A stretch of 62,347 bases of DNA, filler included. It is 8 parts of 8 records of this genome, joined end to end, with 100 filler letters (N's around TTAATTAATTAA, not from the genome) between each part and the next. Parts side by side here need not be neighbours in the genome. Positions count along the whole stretch, not along the records: positions 33,231 to 44,121 come from SRR15195285_130; positions 44,222 to 53,765 come from SRR15195285_134; 6 more parts are not named here. The stretch is one strand, 5' to 3'. The notes under the pieces were generated by a model. The model was not told the origin of the DNA, did not search any database, and saw only the letters and a list, made by a program, of their open reading frames with translations. This document shows positions 33,231-45,002 of this stretch, in pieces. A program made the translations under genes and the position numbers. Position 1 is the first letter of the stretch. Each line of letters opens with the position of its first letter.

Positions 33231-33592
33231 ACGCTTCGATTGATGTACGGGTCGGCGGGTTCTGAGAAAATTTTTCTCATCCATACCTGCGTAACTGTAT
33301 CGACCCGCGGTGAAACAACCACCCGACCGCAGGCCGAAAACCGGGCCCTCTTCTTCTTCTTGTTCTTCTCCCTCCGAGAATCAGCTGTCGCAACCGCGCG
33401 GCTAGCAGGAGACACGGTGAATTTATTGAACGCTCAACCCTCGCAGTTGTTTTGGCCAAATTCGCTGTTTTTCCTCGGATCCGCCTCAAGAAAAGATTGA
33501 CTGACGCGTGACGGACCTGCCTGACAGGTCCCGGCTCCCGGGATCGTGACCGTGCATTGCTGCATTCGCTGATTCGGCTGTCAATACTACTA

Positions 33593-33608
33593 GTACTAGA
33601 TCTAGTAC
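33593..33608. repeat. 16-bp perfect palindrome in an intergenic region
   Basis: GTACTAGATCTAGTAC, overlapping TACTAGTA (33588-33595). Confidence 0.8.
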
Positions 33609-34283
33609 AACGGTAGTGTCGCTCAACTTGAGTCTATAGTACCCTTGGTCAATACTACAACTCATATTGTCCAACACAATTTTCAGAATGGATTATCAGA
33701 AAGGCATTGCAAAATTACTGCGACCTGCGAGACTGCAAATGTAGCCTTGTTTGTAGCAAATATATCCTCCGGATCCATCCAGCTCAACAAATTCCGCGCG
33801 TGCTGGCGTGATTCACTGGAACCTGCTATGAAATGCGGGTAAATTGACGTCTTATCAAAGAGGTCCTACCTACAGTACCATTCATAGTGTACACACCAGT
33901 GTGGCATGCACGCGCCCGCGCCCGCCTATGCGCCCGCGCGCCCGCCGCCCGGCGGGCGGGACGCGCGCGTGGCGATCGACGGACTCCGTGGATTCGTCGC
34001 GACGGCGTGATGCTGGAGCTGCCCTGACGTGCACTGGGAACCCGCAGGGTGGCGGATGGAGCGACTGCAGAGCGAACCTTTCATTGCAGTTGGCAGCCTG
34101 CCGGGACCACTCGGTCTGGCCAGACCGATTCATGGCTCGAACAGCAGCTGGACGTCAGCCCAGCCGTCTCGAAGTACGTTTGGTCAGCCCAGAGCACGAG
34201 CTGAGGGCAGAGCACGAAGGACGACAGGTGCTGACGCACGATTGTTGCGCCGCAAAGCCTTGCGCTTGCGGTCGGCGGCAGGA

Positions 34284-35662
34284 ATGGCTGAAGTGAAGTG
34301 CTCCATGGAAGCTCCCCGCGTGCCGATCCACGCGGTCAGGCTTCAGCCGCTGTCGGTCGACAGAACCCCAGCTGAGACCCTGCAGTTCTGCCCCGCGCGG
34401 GTTGTGGCAGAAAGGTCGGTGGCGGGCAGCGGTGGCGACTCGTGGAGCTATCGAAGCACCGCTAGCACGCGGTCCAGCGAGAAAAAAGATGACGCAGAGC
34501 AGCTCGAAGAAGGTCGTACTGCTGAGGTTGTTGTTTCGAAGGCAGAGGTGGACGCGTGCCGGAATCTGTGGAAGCGGAACCGCAAGATGTTTTGGGCTCA
34601 GGTGGGCGCAAATCTGTCTCCTGAGCTGGCAACGACGCTACGACAGGTAACAGATGTTTGCACAAAGTCGACGAAGCGTGGCGAAGAGTGCGACTTGAAC
34701 TTGTGCAACAGTCGACTAGGAGACGAGGGCACACACGTGTTGGGAATCGTGCTCGGCATGGGTGACATGTACGTTGTCCGCAGCACAGCCTTGATCGCAG
34801 CAAGCTACTCATCGCGTGCTTTCATCACTGATTTGCCGTACTCTCGCCAACCCGGTTAATCTGCAGGTCGTTGACCTCTCTCAATCTTTTTGGGAACACC
34901 TCAGACAGAGGTCCTCTCACAGAGGTTAGTTTCAGAGCAATCACAGACGCCATCAAGTGTCGCCAGGCTGGTGACCGGCTACAAAAACTCGTCGTGAGTC
35001 GGAACACAGCGCTCGGCGATGGGGGCATGGCTTTGCTTGCAGAAGCGTTGCCGGCAGCAGTGGCGCTTACGCACCTGGATATCAGCAACACAGGCTTTGG
35101 TGACGAAGGCCTGATATCTATCGCAAAGGCGTTAAGTAGAAAAAAGACCAAACCAGCTGTGGAGCAGGGGACATGGAAACTGTCCACCGCGACGGAGGTA
35201 GTGGGAGCAACAGGCCCGACTCCATCACCTTGCATTACACCGGCTGCTGCCGTTGGAGCAAACTTAGTTGAGTTGATCCTCTACGGAAATGACAAGGCAA
35301 GGTGGTCAGGCTGGTCTGCCCTTGCCGGCGCGTTACCACACTTACGGTTGCACCGGCTCGACTGCAGTCGGTGCTCTGGCATGGGCTGCGACGGCGCAGC
35401 AGCTATTGCAGCAGTGCTGCCGAGATGCAAAGCCTTGCAGTGTCTCTTGATGGCGCGATGCGCTATAGGCGATCGTGGCGGCCGAGAGCTTGCAAGTGCC
35501 GTGATCGCCAGCGCAGACAGCGAAGGGCAGCAGTCTCTTAAGTCAATAGACGCGTCATGGAACAGGCTGACAGGCGAATGTGCCAAGGCTATCGTGAATG
35601 ATGGTGTCGCGGTAGGCTGGGCTTTTCAACAGACGCCAGGTGGTTTTGCAATGGGTGAATGA
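34284..35662 (+). CDS. RI-like (RNI-type) leucine-rich repeat protein
   Basis: LNLCNSRLGDEG..LG, LTHLDISNTGFGDEG, LLMARCAIGDRGGRELA, IDASWNRL. GT-AG intron 34769-34866 joins the two ORFs in frame. Confidence 0.8.
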
Positions 35663-35714
35663 AATGCACAATCTTCCTTGACCGTCTAGGTGCATTGATG
35701 CACAAACTTGGCGA

Positions 35715-38700
35715 TTACAAGAACGGCGATTTAGACATGAAAAGTCCGCCTGAGCCAGGCGTGTTGAATCCAACAGTGATGGTTTCCTCGGGCACCCCCA
35801 TGAGCTTGCACAACGTCTTCCCTTCGCGCGACTTGACGCTGATCCATCCAGAAATCCCAGTTTCATGTTCAAACCGAACGCGTGTCTGCTCGACGGCCTT
35901 GCCTTTCTTCCGGCCTTCACTGATGATATTGAACTCCTGCCAACCATATCAGAACGCCACGTAAACCGTTAGCCCTGGCTACTTGGAGCCCATTGCAACC
36001 TTGAAGGGAGTGAGGCTTACCTGAATGGACTCTTCGCACGTGATGACCATACCTTTCTCAAGCCGCCCCACTTTGTCCGAGTGCTTCTCGTGGGATGCGC
36101 GAACCTTAATCCTATCCTGTACCACACGGTAGCGGGGGCGTGTGTGCCCTGCCTGAGCGCGAATCCAGCCGATCTTGCCGCTACGGGTCTTGATCTTCAG
36201 ACGTTTCGTCCCTTGTTCGTCTGTCTGCATTGTGATAAACTCAAAGGTCTCGCCTGGGAAGAGGTAATAGCCAGTGTGGTCAGCGCCACGGTAGCAGTCA
36301 CTCCGTACAGGCTCGCGACAGAGTGCCGTCATACGCATGCCGCCGTCTACTCCGACTAGCTGGTTCGGGTTGTGGTCGAAGCGCGGCTTGGCAGGTCCAA
36401 GCCATCCCACCTTTGCATTTGCTTTCTTCGGCCGCGACTCTCCACTGGTGTTCTGTGCTGCAGAATCTCCCGAATCCTGCTGTTCCTCCTGCTCTCCGTC
36501 GGAGGAGCTTGACGCAGCATCACCCTGCATCTCAGTATCAGCGCCGTCTGCCCCGGCAACCTCAGGCAGCACAGCAGACGCAGCCGCATCCTTCGCAGAT
36601 CCCGCCGCATCCTTCATCTTGTTCAGTTTGGTTTTAGGGTTGTTGTGTTTCTTCACTTTTTTCACACGCATTGCCCCACCGTCTTCCACAGGAATATCCG
36701 CAAACGGATCATCCAACTCTGGAATAGGTGCATCGATCATCGCTTGCGCAGCTTTTCGCTTCTGCTCCTCTTCTTGGTCCGACTCCTCATCAGTGCCGTT
36801 GCCGCCTTGTACAACACGAGCCTGTCTGCGCGCGTTGCGCTCCACTGCTCGCGCAATGGCCTCCTGCTCGGCCTTCTCAGCGCGTTTCTCGCGCTCGATC
36901 GCGCGCCTCTCGCGCGCCTCCTCGCGCTTCTCGCGCTCTGCTGCACGCTGCTCCCGGGCCTCCATCACCCGCTGCAAGTCTTCTTCCTTTTTCTCGCGTG
37001 CTAGCTCCTCTTCCGTCTTGCCTGCAGCTGCTGACTCCAAGGGTATATCTTCCTCCTCAGCCTCGTTGTCACCGTCCTTGTTTCTCCTCGTGAACGGCGT
37101 GACTGCCTCGTGTACGGCCGCCGTGTTCAGCTTTTTTCCACCCCGACCCTCCGGCACTTCTTCAGTCTTCCTTTCCATCTCCGCCCGTTGCCGCTGCCGA
37201 TCGTCCCTTGCGAGACGGTCAATCATCTTGTCCGAAGCTCCTGGCCCTCCGCTTGTTGGCAAGCCCCGCTGTTCGCACTCTGCCTTCAGCTCTGCCTTAC
37301 TAAGGTCACCATATTTCTCGTTCTTGAGCTTGACTCCACCGATGCCTATGTCATGCGCCGAAATTGGCACAACGGCGCTCAGGCCACCTAACAGCCCGCT
37401 ACTCTCCGCCTGCTTGTCCAGGTCGTTGGCAAGCCGCTCTTTCAGCTCGAGGTCTGAACCTTTTATCGAGATCTTTCGCTTCTTCAGCTCCTGTTTGACC
37501 TCGAACATTTCCATGTTTTCATACTTCGGTCCGAACGACGCCAAGAACTTCGATGCCTCGACCTCCGCCTCCTTCATTTTTTGGATCCGCTCGGCCTCTT
37601 TCGCCTTCGCTTCTGCAACAGCCCGCTCTTCCGCCCGCACAACGTCCGTGGCTTTGCGTGCCACAACAACCTCTTCTGCAGCCACAGCACGTGTGGCCTC
37701 AGCCTGCCGTCTTGCCTTCACACGAAGCTCAGCCTGTGCAAGCTCGACTTTTGCAAGATTGCGCTGTACAGGCTTGGCAGTTTTGACGGCGGCCCTCGCC
37801 TCCTCGAGGTCCTTCTCGGCCTTTTTCAGTGTCTTTGGATATGGTTTGCCTGCTGCTTCGTACATCTCCTGAGCCTCCGTCTCGGCCGCCTCGGCCGCCG
37901 ACAGGGCCCATTTGGCAGCGACAGTCGCTTCTTCGGCCTGTTTAGCACTCTCTTGTGCAGGTGTCAAGTCAGCAGACCTGCCACCATCGCTAGTAGCAGC
38001 GGCATCAACATCTGTATTAACAGCAGTATCAGCGTCAGCATCGATAGTAGCAGTATCCACACCAACCGTGCCTTCTGCATGCAGTTTCGCAGCATTCAAT
38101 TCTTGCTCCACTACCGTGACTTCTTCCACCGCTAACAAAGCCATCTTCCGCTGCTCTACCCTGGCCTCGGCTGCTGCTAGGTCGGCGATTGCGTCGGCCT
38201 TCTTTTCACGGTCGCCAGTCTCGGTTGCTCGATCTACGAGCTTTTGAAATTCCTTGAGCTCGGTTTGCATCTGTTTTTCGGTCATCGGGACGGGACGGCT
38301 CGCGGCCCCGTACATTGCCTGCGACTGAGCTTCAGCAACTGTCGCATTTGCTTTGGCTATCTTTGCTTTCAGCTGTATCTCTTGGAGTGGAGTGGCTGCT
38401 TTTGGCTTGTCAACTTCGTGGTCTTCAGTCTGAACGGCAGCGCCAAGGCGTTTCCAGTCAATAAAGTGACTGAGCCCACACAGTTCATACTGCGCGTCGT
38501 CCAGCCGTTTGTAATCTTTCATCATCTCTTGAACGTCGATAATCGTCATCTCTTCGGACATGCCAACCAGTGCTTTCTGCCTAGGATCCTTAGCAAAATC
38601 ATGTAGCAGCTTGTGCAACGCCATAAACGCCTGCGTGAAAAGCTCCTCGTCGGCGAAGCTGAACTGGTAAACACGCTGCTCTTTCTCATGCGCTGGTTTG

Positions 38701-41700
38701 GCAACAATGAAAAATGACAGCCAGCTTCTGTCTGCGTGAATGTCAGCCGCTTTGCGACTCTTGAGAGCCATCCCGTGCATCAAACGAGTGATTTCTCCAT
38801 GTCGTGGCTTGAGCACAGTTCCTTTCGCATTCTCTTTTTTAATCCACATGATATCTTTGTCTTCCGTGATCCTGAGCAGCCGCTGTTGCCTCGCTGGTGG
38901 TTTGCCTGATGTGTACTTAATTACCGGAATGCCACTTTGGGAGTCAAGACGAGCCGAACCTGCGTTGACGTATTTCATTGTGGCTTCTTCCGATTCTTCT
39001 CGCTCAACTCGCAGCATATTGATTCCTGACCCGACCTTTCCCTCTTGCTGTGCAGTCACCATGGCCTCTTGTATCGCCACAAGCGCAGTCCGCCGCTGGT
39101 CAACCTGTTTTGTCGCTTCCTCTAATACTTTAGCTGCTTTCGCCTTTTCTTCTTGGGTTCCATCAGCTTCTGTTCTCGCGACGTACTTCTGGACATCCTT
39201 CAGTTCTAGCTCCAGCTCCTTGAGCTTTGCGTCTTCGGATATACCATCACCTCTGGGAGAGAAGGGTGTGTCGCCAGGGTCGCTGGCCGACTCTTCATAG
39301 ACAGGCGGGGTCTCCCCGACAGCCACGGTCGCTGCCGCGACAGCCATAAACTCGGCCTTTCGCTGCGCCTCTGCATCAGCCTCTTTCGCTGCAACCCGTC
39401 TCTTCTCCGCTGCTTCGATGGCAGCGGCGATGGCTGCTTCCTCAGCAGCCGACGCAGCTTCGATTGCCGCGATGGCGGCATCAGCAGCTTCTTGTGCTCG
39501 AGCTTCAGCCTGGTCGATCGATTCCTGTGCCTCTTTTTGCACTGCCTCAAGTGCTGCCTGAAGCTCCGCCCGCGATTCTTCGGCCTCTTTGCGTTGCTTA
39601 GCTTGCTCTAGTTCCTTCTTGGCGTTCTTTGTCTTGGCCTTCATCGCTGCTTCAGTACGTGACCGTTCTCGCTCAGCCTGTGCCTTCGCCTGCTCTGCTG
39701 TCTCCATTTCTTCTGCAAGAAGTTGAGCACGTTGCTCTTCTTCGTGCTCCTTCTTCACAGCTTGTGCTGCAGCTTGGACGGCCTCCGACTGCCCTTCAAC
39801 GGAGGGCGGTTCCCACGATCGCTCACCTGTGACACGATTTATGTAAATATGCTTGCCCTCGAGCTCCCGTTTGACCCACCCACTTGGCAAAGTAGGATCT
39901 TGGCGATGCCCATCCGTGGTCGGGGCAAGCTCACCGTAATCGACCCCCGCCCACCAATGCTCAAACTTCGCGAAGGGAATCTTGTCTTCCTCGCCGTCAT
40001 CAAGTATCGACCACGCATGGTCTACAACGGCTGTGCTGAGAAGCACACCAGCGCCAGCTCCAAGCATACCTACAGCAATCTCGACCTCATTCTTGGAGAC
40101 GTGTGTGTCTGAGTAGGCAACCTGCTCTAGCACTTGGCGCGGGGTCGGCTTCTCCTGTGACATGTGAACCCTCAAAGCTTCCCGCTGCACCACCGGCGAA
40201 ACACCGCCAGCCATGAGCACCACGCCGGCACGCTTAAGCGCAGCAGTCACATCCCATGCATCCATCACGTCCACGGTGACACCGCACCACCATTCCTTGA
40301 ATTCCTCTAGCGTAACGACGCCATCGCCATCCGGATCCATCGCAGCAAACTGCATGTCTAGGTCGTCGGCGCTCATCACAAACCCGAGGTGCGATGCAAG
40401 CACGCCAGCTGCGTTAGCTATCTCGTCTTTGTCAAGGAAACCAGACCCATCGTCATCCAAGACTTCGAAAACCTCCTGTGGGGACATCTTTTTGCCTTTC
40501 AACTGGTCCCGCAGCGCTTCCTTCATGACCGCAACGTCTGCTCCCGTTCGCACCTCGATCCCAGCTTCTTCGAGCAAATCTTTGACGTCGGCTTCCTCGA
40601 GGTTGTCGACCTTAGTATCCGTCTCAAAGTTTTTCCACCACGCTTCAAACTCGTCGAATGTAATGATGCCATCCCCGTCCGGCCCGTCCATAATCTCAAC
40701 TTGAGCCGTGAGCTCATCGGGGCTCATCACGAAGCCTACGACAGTTGCAAGCATAGCAGCCGCCTGGCCCAGTTCGTCCTGGTCGAGGAAGCCTGAATCG
40801 TCATCATCCATCGTGTCGAATACCTGTCGAAGCGACATGTCCTTGCTCCTGTAATGTGCCTTCAATGCCTCTTTAACCGTCTCTGGTGCTGCACCCTCAT
40901 GTATGTCAACATTTGCCTTGCGAAGCTCGTCAGCAATGTCGTCGTCAGTCATCATGACCACTTTTTGGTTGGCCTCAACGTTCTTCCACCAAGTTTCGAA
41001 CTCATCGAATGTGACAATTCCATCACCATCGGGGTCCATAACTTTATACTGATGCTCCAGGTCCTCGATGCTCATCACAAAACCGGTGCGCGCACCCAGA
41101 ATACCTGCTGCTTTTTCGATTTCGTCCCAGTCGAGCGCGCCAGAACGGTCCTCATCTAATGAGTCAAAGATCTGCCTGACCGACAGATTTTCTTGCCGCT
41201 TGTGTGTTTTCAGTGCTTGCTTGAGTGTTTCAGGGGCGGCTCCATCTGTATCGACATGGATGCCAGCCGCAACAAGTCCTTGCGTAACGACCTCTGCATC
41301 CAACTTTTCAACCTCTTTGTCGCTGTTGACTCCGTTCCACCACGCTTGAAACTCATCAAAGGTCACGTCTCCATCGCCATCTGGATCCAGAAGCTGCCAC
41401 TGATGACTGATCTGGTCCTCAGACATCAGAAACCCTAACTGCGCACCTAATATCGCAGCTGCCTTTTCCATCTCTCCCCTATCCAGGGCTCCAGAGCCGT
41501 CTTCATCGATCGAGTCAAACAGCGAGCGCACTGTCATCACTTTCGCCGCTGTGTGCGCTCGCAATGCGTCCTTCATCGAGGCCACGGAAGCACCTTCAGC
41601 TTCAATGCCGGCCTCTTGCATTGCAATGGCCAGGTCAGCTTCATCCATCTCACCAACTTTGCTATCCGTCTCAAACCCTGTCCACCAGTTCTGGAACTCT

Positions 41701-44120
41701 TCAAATGTCACAAAGCCATCGTTATCGAGGTCGATTTGATTAAACTGGCGATTCACCTCGTCCACGGTCATGAAGAACTTGAGGCTTGCACCCAGAATCC
41801 CTGCAGCCTGCTTAAACTCACTGCGCTCAAGCTTGCCAGAATTGTCTCTGTCTAGCCTATCAAACGCGGTGTGGGCAGTCCACACCTTGCCGGAGTAATG
41901 CGCTTTGAGTGCCTCTCTCATGGTGAGCTGCGATACCACTCCGGGGCGGTTTACGTCGACACCCATGTCTTCAACCGCTTCCTTCACTTCTTCTCTATCC
42001 ATGTCGGCAACCAGTTGTTCGATCTCGTTCTCCTTCCAGAACTCAGCAAATTCTTCGAATGTAATGACCCCATCGCCATCAGGGTCCATCATTTTGAACT
42101 GGTAATCGAGTTCGGCATCATTCATTATGAGTTTGGTCGTCGAGGCCAACATGCCTGCAGCTTTGCCGAGCTCTTCTCTATCCAGCGTCCCGGACCCGTC
42201 AAGATCAAGCGCTGCAAATGTGGTTTCGGCAGTGTGCTCCTTACCGGAATAAGACGACTTGAGCGCCTCCCTAAGCGTCATATCTCCTGCCCCATCTGTT
42301 GCCTGGATGCCGACTTCCGCAAGTGCTTCATACAACTCATCCTGGTCCATATTGCCCACTAGATCGGAGGCTTCGTTTTCTTTCCACCATATCTCAAATT
42401 CAGCGAGCGTTACCACTCCGTCACCATCAGGGTCCATGAGCTTAAACTGATGGTCCAGGTCCTCCTCGGCCATTACGTAACCAAGCATTGCTCCGAGGAC
42501 TCCAGCAGCCTTGTCAAGCTCCTCTCGGTCAAGCACCCCCGACTCATCGGTGTCGAGAGCGATAAAAGTGCTCTTTGCCGTGTGTTCCTTTCCTGAGTAG
42601 TGTGTCTTGAGCGCCTCCCTTATCGCAAGCACCGATGCCCCGTCTCGCAATTCAATTCCAGCCTCACTCAGACCGTCACTTAGGTCCTCGTGATCCATTT
42701 TCTGGACAAGATTGGTCGCCTCAGCTACACTCCACCATAGCTTAAACTCATCCAGTGATACAATGCCATCGCCGTCAGGGTCCATGAGATGAAACTGATG
42801 ATCGAGTTCTTCTTCAGTCATCACCGCCCCGAGGTAGCACCCGAGCGAACCTGCTGCGTGTGCAAGATCGTGGCGATCGAGAAACCCTGAATCGTCGTTG
42901 TCGAAAAAGTGAAAGGTCTGCTCGACAGTCAATGGCCTGTCCTTGCGGTGAGCCTTTACAGCCTCCACCATCGTTGTAGTTTCTACACCGTCCTCAAATG
43001 CAATACCTGCATCTGTGAGCTCCTGCTCCAGATCTGCGCGATCCATCTGATCGACTGTCACATTGATCTCCACTTCATCCCAGAATACGACGAACTCCTC
43101 GAACGAGACGGTACCGTCACCATCCTCGTCTAACGACTCCAGCTCTTTGGCCAGCTGTGCATCACCCAACACGTAGCCCAGTTTCGCGCCAAGCATACCA
43201 GCGCCTTTCTGAAGTTCCTTCCGCTCGAGGCTCCCGGACCCATCTATGTCCAACGCCTCAAATACGTCTTCGACGGTCATCGTCACGTTGCCGTAGTGAG
43301 CCCTTAAAGCCTCTCGCATGGTACTGTCTGATGTGTCGGGATCATATGCGATGTCTGCCACCTCCAGCCGAGCTCGTAAGGCATGGGTGTTCATATTTGC
43401 CAGCAGCTCGTCGACGTCGCGCTCCACGACTACTTGCAGATCCCTCTTTGGCTTCAATTTCGACTTGGGGACATCTCTGAGCAACGCAGAAATGACCTCT
43501 GGTTGTGCCCTGCTGACAGCTGAACGTCTCATGATATCCCCGAGCTCGGGGGTGTCCTGCAACACCTTGTCCAAGTGGAGCTTTGTGAGCACTAGTAGAT
43601 CCATGTCAGTTGCTGCCCGGACGAACGCGTTGCGCTTGTCTTTTCCTAGCAGCGCCATTTCGCCAAAAAACTGACCTGAGTATATGTTCGCCACAGGCCA
43701 GTTCTGCAGATCGCCGACCAACACGTCCGCTGTCCCGTAAACTACAAAGTACATCTCAGTCCCCAGCTCCCCTTGATGGATTATCACGTCTCCAGCAGAT
43801 GCGGTCGTTGCAGTCATGAATGTAGCAACCTCCTCAATGGCATCGTCTGGCAAGTCTTCCAGCAGGTGCACCGACGACAGGTACTGCTTCTTAAGTGCAA
43901 CTAGATCGAGTGGTTCCTGCTCCGGCTCTGGCTCAAGGTCGGCGACAGTATGTGGCAATCCACCAGTGACGGAAACGTAGACCCGTCCTTGCGAGCTCGC
44001 ATCAACCGGCTCATTGGTGATCGGATGACTTCCAGTGGCGCCCGAGCCCTTGACTTCAACAGCGGCTTCGCCCACGCCTTGCTCGACCAGTCTGCGCTTC
44101 ACAGCCTGCGCCTGCCGCAA
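35715..44120 (-). CDS. Giant Ca2+/cyclic-nucleotide-binding protein (5' partial): OmpA-C-like fragment, cNMP-binding domain, 10 x [helical module + EF-hand pair], WW, coiled coil, PH-like, 2 SAP, 2 SH3-like
   Basis: cNMP: IIHQGELGTEMYFVVYG..FFGEMALL..RNAFVRA. EF loops: DxDxSGxLDxxE and DPDGDGxVTFxEF. WW: LPSGW..YINRVTGERSWEPP. SAP: LSKAELKAECEQRGLPTSG. Last intron 35937-36020, then an exon ending KSPFL*. Confidence 0.9.
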
Positions 44121-44121
44121 G

Positions 44122-44221
44122 NNNNNNNNNNNNNNNNNNNNNNNNNNNNNNNNNNNNNNNNNNNNTTAATTAATTAANNNNNNNNNNNNNNNNNNNNNNN
44201 NNNNNNNNNNNNNNNNNNNNN
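44122..44221. other. Artificial contig linker
   Basis: N44-TTAATTAATTAA-N44. Confidence 0.99.
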
Positions 44222-44250
44222 CTGTCTGTCTGTCTGTCTGCCTGTCTGTC
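44222..44250. repeat. (CTGT)n microsatellite at the contig start, probably intronic
   Basis: CTGTCTGTCTGTCTGTCTGCCTGTCTGTC, followed by a TTTCTCAG acceptor. Confidence 0.85.
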
Positions 44251-44258
44251 TTTCTCAG

Positions 44259-44862
44259 GAAATTGGAGGGCTGCAAGCAAGTCACGGTGTGCTCCTAAAG
44301 CTATTTTTAACTCTGACGTTTCTTTGTCTGGATCCTTTATACACAGCGCGTGTCTATGTCTGCAGGAGAAAGTACTGTCACTGCCAGAAATTCAGGCAGG
44401 ACGGCCAGAACCGTGGAGTCCGAGCCGCCGGAATACTACAGCTACCGAGCTGGTAACGACACCACCAGTTGTACTAGCTAGTGATGGTTTGGTGCAGCAC
44501 GAAACTGGCGTAGCCACGAGAGCGCTGCACACGTTGCGCTCGCCAAGCCCGACTCTTCCGCAACGCCCTGCCTCCGAGCTAAGGGTGCTCAACCTGGTAC
44601 GCACTGCTGAGCGGCACACATTATTGGGTTGCCTGACTGAACAGCGTACCCGCAGGTCTATGTCAACGATGTCTCTGATGAAGCAATACTGGCTTTTAGC
44701 CTTGCCTTCCCGGAGTGCACGGTAGTGAACTACTATGGAGACGAGGTGTTGGCGGGGATCGTATCAGAGAACCCAGGCACTGATTGTGGTGGGTGGGATG
44801 CGGATGGAGGTGGTCTTGACCCGGAGACGGTGCTGTTTGGAGCAAAAGATGGCTTCGTCTGA
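44259..44862 (+). CDS. 3' part of a Cys-containing LRR (F-box/LRR- or AMN1-like) gene
   Basis: Exons 44259-44286 (KLEGCKQVT), 44366-44596 (..ELRVLNL) and 44656-44862 (VYVNDVSDEAILAFSLAFPECTVVNYYG..*). GT-AG introns 44287-44365 and 44597-44655 keep the frame. Confidence 0.65.
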
Positions 44863-45002
44863 CGACATTGGAGATCTGGAGCTACGCTGGTTTACCAATT
44901 GCAGATAGCGGAGCATGAGCTGTCTTACGTGCACGCAGCTGTATTTACGCAAAGTTCAAATCCGATTATCAAGGTGTTGCGCACATCTGATAGCATTGTT
45001 TT

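Noticed and set aside
36337-37872. 511-aa plus-strand ORF and many similar antisense ORFs
   Set aside because: Shadow ORFs opposite GC-rich real genes; low-complexity S/A/R translations.
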